From: Laetmonice hystrix
Taxonomy: Eukaryota
Direction: 5' to 3'
Assembly: GCA_965235115.1 (NCBI GenBank)
Contig: OZ249436.1
Coordinates: 36,394,001 to 36,458,000 of the forward strand
Length of the DNA: 64,000 nucleotides
Positions within the stretch are counted from its first letter, which is position 1, and every line of letters starts with the position of its first letter. The notes below the pieces were generated by a model. That model worked only from the letters and a program-made list of their open reading frames with translations. It was not told the origin of the DNA and did no database searches. The position numbers and the translations under genes are program-made. This document shows positions 51,001 to 62,700 of this stretch, in pieces.

Positions 51001-51651
51001 AAACTTTGAATCCTAATTTACCTGACGTTGCATATCAGGGATCGAATAGAGTTAACCTTGTAGTTAACCGACGGCAGCGTTGATTACCGCCCCCCCCCCC
51101 CCAATCCGATATGATTGGTCACCTATACCCATCAATTACATCATGATCAGGGGTTGATCAAATGTGCAACTAGACCGAATCGTAATTAGCCGTTGTGTTC
51201 AGGATTAGGAGACAGTTACAAGTCCTATTATGTTGACCATGTAGCGGATGATCTCCCGAATTCTCACCCATTCAACCTGACGTAAGGACTTGTCAACAAC
51301 TGTGTTATTTAAAGGTCTGAAAATGATGCGCGGAATCTAATAATGTTTGCCACAAAGGCAGGGGCCCTCTGTGAGCGGAGGTACAAAGTGAGGATATTAC
51401 AGATGGCGACCGTCCTTTTACACGGTCGGCTGGTGTTTGGTAAAGGGCGTGGTGGGTTCTGGTCCCTGGAGGGCTTGAGCAGGACCTGGTCATGGAACTC
51501 ATTTAGAACACGGAGGTGTCACGGGTCACACATCTAAGTTTGACCCCTGGATTGTGTTAAAACTCCGATTTGTTCTCGGCAGACATTGACACGATAGCAG
51601 ACGACAATGCGTGCAGTGACGACACAATGTTACTTTGACGTCAACTGTTGA

Positions 51652-51665
51652 CCGCCAGAGGGCGA
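51652..51665 (+). promoter_or_regulatory. CTCF-consensus-like motif
   Basis: CCGCCAGAGGGCG is a full match to CCRSYAGRKGGCR. Motif match only. Confidence 0.4.
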
Positions 51666-54600
51666 CGGCCAGAGGTGGCAGGAGAGGTCAGCGTATATTA
51701 TATAACCGAGCTTTGAAGTCATTGCACTTACATGACCAGAAAATCTCTCATTGTCCAACGGCCTTTAAATGTCGGTTCTTGCAATTACGAAAAATTCTAT
51801 TTGTACCCTCTTTAATTAGAGAGTTTTGTTGTTTGTCGAGATGTTTTGTCTTCTTTGTGCTGAAGCAAAGACTCTCTGATCACTATTTATTCATGGCGCA
51901 CCCATGAAGTTGTATTGGTAATATGGCTAGTCCCTAATAGATAGACCCTCGACCGATATTTTACCTCGGGCAAGATCTCAATTACGACTTTACACGAGCA
52001 AATGGCTTTTGAATGAAGCATGAATATTTGTAAAGTTCTTGTGGTAGGTTATCTTCCGGGCCACATGTCTGGTCAAATTCGACAGATGGTTAAGCCTAAA
52101 CGTAAAACTTAGGTCGTCATTATAAAAACACACAGACAGAAACCAGTAGTCTCAATAACAAGCATATAATTTGCCTTTAGACATGTCTCACAAACACATA
52201 ACGAAGGAAATATTTCAGTATTATGTTCACCTATACAGGCCGATGTCGGCGCATCTTCTTGTGATTCTAAACCTTTTCGTGTGTAGTCGGCAGATGCATC
52301 CTATATGCAGAAATTAGGTTATCCATGTCAAACTTCCGCTATTTTGCCGCATTTAACGATTACCGGCATACGACGGTAGTTATCGACGTCACGTGCTTGT
52401 CACGTGGCCGATAATTACATCGGCGTGCACTCGCTATATGTAATCTACAGTTTGGCTCGGTCCGATGGGAACACTTTTATCACGTTGCACCCTGTTTGCC
52501 TTAACAAATAATGCAATTGGAACGGAGGAAGCCAGCAGGACGAAACGCACCATGTCACCCGATTGATTTATCAATGGTCGCTGTCTCTTCCGATGAATAA
52601 AAAGCGAGAAAGCAAGAATTGACGAGATTGAGCTGGCGTCAAGCCCAGATCTGAGAACGATTCCCTCCTTATCGTCCAGATTTCAATGTGAAAAACGAAA
52701 GGGCCTCGTTACGTACGTTGTTATCTGTGCCACCTCTTACATTTACTTTGTATCTGACAACATACGAGTCGGTACAATCGGCGCCTAATGCTCGGCGGAA
52801 ATATTTCCAAGAAGATAAATCAATGTGTCAGACAGTATATCAATAAAAAGAATGAATTTATTGAAGTCAAAGGTTGGCGTGTTTCTTTCTTGAAAAGAGA
52901 GGCAGAGAGACACAGAGCCAAAGGCAGAGAGACAGACAACGAGGCCGGACATTCATTGCCATCATAGTGCAAACAGACAGCTCGTCACTATTTACAATGT
53001 ATCTATACACCGGTACAATTATACGTATATATATTATATCCTTACATATACGGTCCACTTTTAAATGTGTTTTTTCAAATGTCACTGCCCTATTCAGATA
53101 AACAGTATTAATTCAACTGAGCTTTTTTAAAATCTTGTCGCTTCAAAGAGCTTACAGTCTGCATCCATTGTCGGTCCCTTCAGATGAACGGCGACTAAAG
53201 GACGTCATCATTAACTTACGCTGGTTTTTGCCGAAGTCTCATTTCACCGAGCCATGTCGGGAAAGGTTGAACCTCTACGCTAACCGATCGCTTTCATTCG
53301 GCGTGTATCACATTGTGTGTTAAATACCTTAAGCTTGGCGTCTGACGCGAAGTTTAAGAGGAGAGAGGCGTTTCTCTCGCTGGGCGGTCCGGTGTTCAGC
53401 ATATGTTCTCATGCTCCCCAAAAGTGGTGTTGCTCTTTAGAAGGCCATTTAGCTGCCACCATTGAACGGTTTTATGTGGGTGTTACTCCCATCCTTGCAA
53501 CTTTACCTGCTCTGTCTGCGTCTTGGGTTACCTTGGTAGTAGGTGGTAGATGCCACTAATTGGCAACGGGACAAGCCTTATGTCAGCAGTTTTTACCAAT
53601 TACTCAAACAAGCGGCTGTTTGGTGTGACCAGCACAGGTATTAATTTACCCAATATGCCCGAGAAGGCGGCCTATCGACCTCGGCCATTGTGGAGGTGCA
53701 TTAAAAGGGTAAGCCTACCCGTTCGCCCTATTACGGGCGGATTTACTCCCGTCCTTCCGCCGGCGACAAGGTTTTGGCACAGCGTCAGTTAATTCGGCGT
53801 ATATTACCGACTATACACCAGATCAGCCGTCCGCACCTTTCAACGCTCACACCTGTCACCGGCGGGGTGTTAGAAATGGGCCCGCCACCGAAATGAGCAT
53901 TAGTTATTGCCTAAAGTAGCGGCCAGGTATATAGGCGGTGGGTTCGGTGACATATAGACGCTGACAGTTCAGTCTCGCCCCATTGTCCCAGTCCGGCCCT
54001 CCCTGTCTGTTTTGGTTGTGGTGGTGGCATCGTCTGTCCGTTTCGGTGGCTGTAATGATCGCCGCTGTTTGGTGACGGGTTGGCCCCTTTGGGTGTTGGT
54101 TGTGTTAGTAGCCCGGAGTTGGCTTCGAGCGGGCAAAGGGTCAAGGCTCACAAACAGGCAGAATGGTGGTTTATTGGGGTAAATGGGAAGCTGATGGCGG
54201 TTGATTCCGAATGGTGGCCCACTGGATGGCAGCCCCGAGCAAGTGGCGTTCTACAGGCTGCCGACAGAGGCGGCTGTATCAGGAGTTATTCCAACACAAT
54301 AAATCCACCCATCGATCGGCGAATTAGCCGTAATAACAGAGCCGAGTCACCCTCTGATCTTTCATTGCAGTAACTGATCAACTAGGCTGAAAGCATCCTC
54401 TAAACGACATTCAAAGGACTTGTTAGAGGGATTGGAGAGATTCATTTGCCAGTTGTGTGATAACGTCGTCGTTACGGCGAATGCTTCGCAATTAGGTGTA
54501 TATTCAGAATCCGGCAAATTTCATCAGTCGAGTCTGAGCAGACGATATTTGTTTCGGGACGCTTCATGGAACATGCGGTGCCAGACGTCTCCGTGGCTTT

Positions 54601-55284
54601 ATTCGATTTCGCGGTCTGTGGAGTAAAATCGTAGCAAATGAAGTTTGTGCAGTGAATTTTGCAACCAATCGTCGAAATGATGAGATTAGATGGGCGATGT
54701 ATTGGAAGTTTAACCGTGGGAATTCGGTAATAACTATCCGTCGGCCTTCAAATTCGGTTTGTTTGTGACGGAATTGAACTAATGCAAAGAGCAACGAGGT
54801 TTTACACCAATGACATTTCAGGTCTTTTGTGGCGCAGTGAAGATTTGTGTCTAACGCCATTTCATTTCCAACTAACGGAGGCTGGTGAAATTGTGTTAAG
54901 GGGCTTGGAGGGCCGAGTCTGATTCCATTTCAAACCAATCTCTCTTAGGTTTGCTCTGCGGTCATGGCGGAACGCATCGAAGTTGGCGGCACTGGATTAC
55001 GCCAAACAAAATGGACACTAGCGCTCTGACATGCTCTTTGGCATCACGCGAACGTCCAACTAATCGCTTGTTTTCGATAGCAGGACAATTTAATAGATTA
55101 TTTTCTATACAAATTGACTGGCTAACCAGCAAGCAATTAAGTCTGATTGCAGTCAAAGAACTTGTCATGAGGTTGTCCTTTTGCCAGAATGTAGACTCGG
55201 TCTATATGAGCGATATGTACTTTATTTCGTCTCTAGCAATATCCTATGTAGAAACAAGATTGGTTTGCTCCTTTAAAGGGGTAT

Positions 55285-55482
55285 CAGGGGCGGATCAAGG
55301 TTTACACCAACGGGAGGGGGAGGTTTGTGGGGTGCCAGGGGGGGGGGGGGGTTGTGGGTGCCGGGTGGTGTAGGTCTATGTTTGGTTTGAACCTTTCAAG
55401 CAGAAAAAAGACAAATTACTTCGTAAGGGGGGTTGCAACCCCAGTAACCCAACCCAACCCCCCAACCCCCGATCCCCCACTG
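55285..55482. mobile_element. Degenerate non-autonomous element with CAGGGGCGGATC-type ends and internal poly-G
   Basis: Left CAGGGGCGGATC versus right GATCCCCCACTG (imperfect inverted repeat). Confidence 0.4.
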
Positions 55483-58400
55483 AGTACAGAATTAAATTAT
55501 AGTTAACAGGTTAACATCCTGGTCCATGTCTGTTATGATACATATGATTCTTTTGCATGCAGGAGGCCCTATACAGAGCCCAAAAAGCTCAACAATAGGT
55601 TGATGAATCAGATATATCGTAAAATTTGGACAATGTAGAAAGATATAATCACAAAATCTTTACACTTGCGTCCACAGGTCACACCCCAGCAAAGGGCTTT
55701 TGTTGGTATATGAATTTGCCCAGACGCGGAGTGTCACTTTGTGGCGGGGGGGGGGGGGTGTAGACGCACCATGCCCCAGCAGCACCGAGCAGGCCTATGA
55801 GCAAGATCCACAGATCTGAACTGATTATGAAATCCATGACTATAGCCATGACAATTGCCCGTTTCATCACTTTTCATTCAAGTAATTGCTTCCATCATGC
55901 TTTGTTTAAATTGGAAAGGCCTGGTGCAAGTGGTATTTTAGGGTTTTTTTAAATGGCCATTATTTCTTTATATTCTAATTCATCAGTCCATTTTTGAATG
56001 TATAGCTTTGTGGGTTTTTTACTCGCCCTTATAATGGACCGTCGGTTTGCCTTTTTCACTCGGCTAAGCGTACCAGTAATATCTGTATTATTGGAGTATA
56101 CCATATTGTATAGTATTCCAGTGACCATTCTTGAAATGAACAATGGGAAATTATTACTTTATAAAAAGTTTAGTTTCTAATGTTTTATAATTTATAATTA
56201 CAAAATCTTTACATTCTAATCACTTTTGTATAACTGAATAAGACTGTTGCGTTTCCTCCGCGCTCATTGATACATGAAGCAAAGCAAATTCTGCCCGTTG
56301 AAGTATCACAATAAAAGTTACCATTGACTCTTACCGACTTTTATTTCATTCTGATACTTCTGCTATTCTTTTAGCCAGATAAACTTTGCTGAAGACCAGA
56401 CGTACCTTGCCTTTCATAAATTTGCTCACACCTGTATTTTCCGCGTAGTAAGTCGTACAACAGTTCCCAACAGACCTCATTACATCGTTTGGGGGTTGAA
56501 CAGGCACTTAAGTGTTTCAATTAGAGCCGATTGTTTGACGGGAAAAGATTATTTGAAGCCAGCGTATGTCCGCACCGTGTGGGGCCAACATCTTGATTCA
56601 AAACCGCGTGAGAAAGCGCTGTCTCGCGAGAACCACGTATGCGCGGTCGTCTGCCGGGAGGGCCGCTGTGTCGTTGAAAATGAAAAGGAGGACTTGTGCG
56701 AACTGGTAAATGTGACGTTTTGTGTACAGAAGCTGCAGTTACCTTCACAATGGCACGAGGTAGAGCTACTCAGTGCGGTGATAAAGACTTCGCTCTGTGG
56801 TTAATGTTGCATAAGAAGTAATTGGGACCTGGCAATTACTGAGGAGGGGCTGAGTGGCCCGTCCGCCAGCTGCTACCGCTGCTGCTGCAGACATCACGCT
56901 GGCATAGGATGAAGTGTTTTTGGCCCGCATAATCTGGAGCAATCTTGACAGCCACTCTTCCTCATTCAACGAGATGGTCCTATCAGTGGTCTATCTCCTT
57001 GACGAGCTTGTAATCATAAGTAGCAAATAGAAATTGGCGTTACTAGTATTTTAGAATCTTGCAATGAACACGATTTATATCAAATATAGAACCTCACATT
57101 TTGGATGGCCTTACAATAATTTGGCCGCCTATTAGGCCTACCATGCCAGGTCAAATTTAAATACGGGGGGGGGGGGTCGCACTAACCATCATAATAAGGC
57201 CTCAATACGGTTATGTTTTATAAACATCATCATATTTCATTCTTCCCTTCTTCAAGAAATGTATTTGTTGCTGGTGTATTTAAGGACTCGGTGTTTTTTC
57301 ACTTGATGCTCATTTCCAACATTTATTTTAGATGCTGGGGTCAGAGAAGTTCACGGTCTTGTGACATGACACGAGAAAGAAGCGTCTATGGTCAGCGTCT
57401 TGGCTGTTGTCAGCCAGAACCGCAGGCCGTCCCTAACCACTGGCGCCACCTCCCGCCCAACAGCGCCACCCATCAGCCTTGTCCCTGTCGACTGATGTGA
57501 CAGCTACCAATTATAACCATCAAGGCTTGTTCGTTCATTTACCGCCAACTCCACCCGCACAGATGTTCTGTAAGGCAGTACATCTAAACAACCTACGCCA
57601 GCTACGGATTAACTCAAAGAATTGAAATCTCATCTTGTATAGGGTTTTTCTATGAAGGCCGCCTATATTTGTATATTTGTGGGACAAAATAGGGGCCTAC
57701 ATAGATCCTTTTAACTATTTTTACATTTCTTGATTGTGAATATCTCTGCCCAGTTTGACCAGATACAGTCCCCCACAACCCTAAGCCCACACCCCACCCC
57801 CAAACATTATACTCTGAATCTCATTGTTGAAGTTCCCATGACGCGAGTGGAGGGAGGCAAAGTCCGTTGACATGCTGGTTTAGAGAACCTGGTGCTGCCA
57901 TCTTCCGGTTACTGCCGTCACAGTCTGCCGGGGTCGTGACCTCGCTAATTCTCGTGACAGCCTCGTTACAGAATCATGACAGTGGCGTCGACAAAGAGTT
58001 CAGGTTTAATTCCGAGAAGTTAGCTCTGTAGATCTCGGGGACGACTACTACTCAATGAAATCTAACGACGATCAGTTATGTCTTTGTGTGTGGGTTTTAA
58101 AAAATCTATTTATATCCCTTTTTGTATTGATTTATCTGTGTGTGTGTGGGGGGGGGGGGTTCAAAGGTGTAGCCTTCCCCACATTTGGAGGGGTGAGAAG
58201 CCCCCATTACTCTTTCCATAATCTGTGTACCATTACATGTAACCTGGGGTTCCAAGCCCATTGGCTTCATTTGTTTGGTCGGCAGCTGGGCTTGGGATTG
58301 CTTCCATTCAAAATCGTCGGGTCCTTGTAGGCCTACCTCCCTGTACGCCTACCTCCCCCACACATAGTTTCCAGTCGTACACAAAGTCTTATGAAGGTGT

Positions 58401-58927
58401 CCCTACCGTTCTTTAAGCACTGGCTGTTACTGAATTAGTAGCCTATTCACCGACTTTTTTGGTCTGAAGTGGGAGTTTGAATCTGTGAGCATAATGGCGG
58501 ACATCGCCGGTCATGCCGCTGTCTCGCGCAAAACGAGGCTGGGGCCAGGGTCAGTCAGGGAACATTTCGTATTTTCATACTGAATCAATCCATCAATGCA
58601 TTAATGCGTGGCGATGTGTCTGTGAAAAACTAACCGCTCCCTCCCTCCAGGGCATGTCACCTCGGGAAATTTTGAAAATAAGCATCCAAAATGGCGCATT
58701 TTTAGCCAATATGAGTTAGGCCCCTATTATTTTCTTGAACTTCGCCCACTATAGACCATTCAATGGGTGGCGCAACATTCCAACTCCTCAAAATATAAAC
58801 ATCCGAGTCAGGGAGCCCTAGCTATATTAGAATAAGGTCAGTATTTTCGTGAATATCTTCCGAATGCGAGAATATAGCATGGTTACGTGAGAGCGTGAGA
58901 TGGTTAGTGAAATGCAGTCTACGTCTC

Positions 58928-58969
58928 ACCAACGAGACTAGACACACCTGTCTGTCTAGTCTCGTTGGT
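58928..58969. repeat. Perfect 17-bp inverted repeat with 8-nt loop
   Basis: ACCAACGAGACTAGACA / TGTCTAGTCTCGTTGGT. Confidence 0.9.
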
Positions 58970-59060
58970 CTCACGCTCAGTATGAAGTCCAAGATAACGT
59001 CGAAGCACTGATTCGAACATGCGAGAAGGGCGCGCGAGTCCGACTGGGTCCCTAGTCTCC

Positions 59061-59584
59061 GTGCTGCCATCTAGTGTTAGCGATAGACGTTTGATGCTCG
59101 GACAACTATCGTCTGCTTACAGAATGCCGTCGGGTGGCGGGCTTGTCTCCTCCTGGTCATGGTCTCACAGTCCCAGCTTCGCCGATTCTGACGGTAGGCA
59201 AGGAATCGATTTTGAGATCTAGGCCTATACGGGTGCCAGTTCGACCGCTTTCTCCAAGTATTCAAAATAACAGTGTTACCAGTGACACGTTATTTCTGTT
59301 CATTAACTACTGAACTTGTGTGAAAAGAATACTGACAATAGATAGAGCAAGCTTAATATAACAATTGTATTTCATTACATTTAACTTTTCATTGCAGCCC
59401 CCTACATCAGTGACTTTCGTACAGAAACCCTATCAATCTCTAGCGAGTAACTCCTATAAAGTTACGAATCGATTAATTTTGTCGCCTTCGGCTTTACTCA
59501 TGTCAGGTCTTCCATGTCAGTGCTGCCGCCTGGTGAGCAACGGGTCATACAGGATGGTACTCGTTATGCCAACTAGAGGGCGCC
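59061..59584. promoter_or_regulatory. Cluster of three CTCF-like motifs (-, -, +)
   Basis: 59061-59077 rc ACACTAGATGGCAGCAC (1 mismatch); 59521-59536 rc TCACCAGGCGGCAGCA (2 mismatches); 59570-59583 CAACTAGAGGGCGC (1 mismatch). Confidence 0.35.
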
Positions 59585-59708
59585 ACACAGGGAGCTTGCA
59601 TAGATGGGTCGCTCCCCTCGGATTTCTTATTAGAGTATTTGATGAATAGTGTTTCTTTATATATCTATTTACGGAGACACGGGCGGTTTGGTATTGGAGC
59701 CCAGACCT

Positions 59709-59731
59709 TTATTATTATTATTATTATTATT
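59709..59731. repeat. (ATT)n microsatellite
   Basis: Directly visible. Confidence 0.9.
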
Positions 59732-62700
59732 TTAAACCTAATTTCAAAGGAAAGCTATGCATGCAATATTCTCTGGATTTTCAAAATCGGGGCCCCAATC
59801 TTCTCCGGATTTCCAAAATCAATTACAGCACATACATTTTTTTTATACACACGTAATTATGTAGGCTCATAGATCAACTGGTCGAAAAAAAATCAAATTG
59901 CCCTAAAAACTACCTTTTTGTCACACGTAGATCGCAAAGAGTTTTGACAGCCAAATGTCTCGGGCAAAAACGTATTTTCAGTCCTGCCGCATGTTAGCTG
60001 ACCACCGACGCCTTGATTATTTCATGTTAAGAAAGGTTCGCCATAACAATTTTGTTTTATTAGTCATTTCCATCTTGTAAATGAATCGATGAGACTAGTT
60101 TCAATATACGTTCTCAGTTATACTCTGATGTCATTGTGTCAGTTTTTGATTGATAGTATGTGATGTCGGTGTTAATTATCAACGTTCTGCTAATTATGTA
60201 TTCAGGTAGTTGATTATTATTTGGGCGTTTATCGCTATGGTATATAGCGGGCATAACTTGTATACGTTGAATTATCTATAATGAAGCACTCTCCCCGATC
60301 CTTATTTCTTATGCAACCCCCTGCTTGATTGAAAATTATCAGAATTGGTGCAAATAGAATCCTAGATACATTATGACCGCTGGGTTTATAAGCTGTGTCC
60401 GCTAGAGAGAGAAGATTGTACTTCGTTTATACCATCTTTGAATTCTTTGGCCGTGAAGATTGCCCTATAAGTGCCGACACTTAGAACACCTAACTCACTC
60501 TATCTCTGATCCAATGCTGATTCCCTTTGCGGTACCCTTGAAACCCCTTGCCATTTGAGACCAGCATTGCCAACTCAGTCTATAACCATAGAAGAATATT
60601 ATTTGGTGAAGTATACCTGCATACAACAACCGACTCTGGCGACCACACCGTTGGCCAGGAGGCTCGAGTACGATATTTACGTCTTTACAACGGCCTTAAA
60701 CAATATCAGAAACGGATCCAGCTTCTTCAAGTTAGGGGGGGGGGGGGTTGAACCATGGTTAAACTGACTCATGTATGTATAGACCCGTCCAACTATAGGC
60801 CTACTTTTGCTACGTGTCTCCGCTATAGGCCTATACATGTGTGGGCAGGATATGACAGAAGGCAAATTGATGTGTAGAACCAAATTAAACTTTGTTCCCT
60901 CTAAAATAGGCCTATATCACCAACCCCTACGACCCGTATAGGATCCGTTTGTAGGTCTGCATAGGCGTGCGGAAAAAGAAGCATGATTGTTTCTCAGTAT
61001 GACTTGTAAAGGTCAGTCTATGAGCCTGTAGGCCTAGATCTATAATAGGTCTCCATGTGTTCACCATTTTATTCACACTTTGGTTTGCACAAAGATGCCC
61101 CTAATACTCCTTTCGCAGCGACCAGCGTGGCGGCTGTATACTAAGTACATAAATCGCAATCCTTTCATTCAACTCGTTATCCTCTAATCAACGATCGATT
61201 TCTACCACCCGATTACGTTCATCAGTGACGATCAGTCGACCGCCCGACTTCATGACGCTGATAAACATTGACGGTCCGTCATTTTGTCGCTCTTCGATTC
61301 CCCACTGATCCAATGTTTGAGATCGTTATACCGTTAATCAATTTGTAGTCGCCAAGAGTAGCAAGCCTCGCGTCAGCGCTGTAACACTGGTCCTTCTCGC
61401 ACATCATTGAGAAGTCCTCAATGTATGTATTATAGGACTCTCGTTTTATACCGTTACGTTAGATTGAAATGCTGACTCGACCGACGTCTGTGCCCTGACG
61501 ACGACGCGTTCAATGTGGCCGTTTAAACCACCAAGTCGTCGATGTACCAATGAAAGGCCGTGATTCGGTGGTCAGGCCGTTCGATCAGGGCTTACGGATC
61601 TTTTGGCAGTTAGCCAAGCAATATAATCATGTTTTATTTGAAGGTTGAACTGTTTATAGGTCTATATATTAATATTCCATTCCACTTCCTATGCTTCACG
61701 GCGCCAGGATTCCCTTGAAGAAAAAGAAGGCAATCCCTAGTATTACAACAACGCTTGTCGCGGACAGGCGGGCTGTGTTATTTAGTTGCTTGGGCACGGT
61801 GCGTGAGGTAAATAAGTTGCTGCCTAAATCGGTGACCTTCCGTTGTTCTTTATCTGGAGATTTTACATATTGAAAAATAACTTCTCTCTTTGAAAGTGGC
61901 CGCGAACGTTGAAGTGGTGTTAAGTTGCCAGTCTAGAACTTGTAAAATTAAGCTGCTAGCTTGCATGCGCTTCGACCCGCTAAATCTCAATGGTCAATGT
62001 TAAAGGCATCAATAATACTGCCTCTGTGTTTGAAAAATAAAACACAAACAAAACGCGGCAGAGTGACATGGGTTCAATTAGGGGGGGGGGGGGGGTCCCT
62101 AACCAACTACAGGGCAGATCAGACATGTTAGATGAGCATATTGATACAACATATCAGTAGCGTGTACACGCGGCCATGCCATGTCAAAGAAAGCCCCCCA
62201 CAAATCAAATGCGTCATCTTCCATTCTTCTCTCGGATGGCTCAGGGGGCGAGGCTGGCAGAAACACTCTTGTGTCGGTTTCACTTGATGACTGCTCTCGA
62301 AGCGCGCGCAGCCAAGCGAGAGAATGGGGTCGTAATTGGTGAGCAAATAGATGGAATGGCCTCGCGCCAGGCCGGCACGTTTCTGCGAAGGTCACTAATT
62401 GCTCATTCAGATCTAGGTGCGCTTTTAACGTATCTATCACTATAATCGCAGCAAATAGAAGCTACACGTGCGACGGCCTACTAAATTGGACCAGTCGCAA
62501 TGCACGGGAAGGAACCGCCGGGAAATTTGGTGCGAGACCTACACGGGCGGAAGTGAGGCTCTTGAGGGAATCTATTGTAGCTCAGGGGTAAATGGCAACA
62601 AAGCCTCGCTGCCTGACGCCCGAAGGGGGCCGGGCGGAACAAAAAAATATCCACACCCTGGGCGAAAATGGTTCAGTTGGAACTTAGAAAAATGAGAGAG

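Noticed and set aside
56496-56969. 102-aa (+) ORF and Ala-run (-) ORF considered as otp/hbn exons
   Set aside because: No homeodomain, octapeptide or OAR similarity; the Ala run comes from a short GCT repeat.
59947-59960. 14-nt match GACAGCCAAATGTC with ~17356
   Set aside because: Several 14-mer matches are expected by chance within 64 kb.
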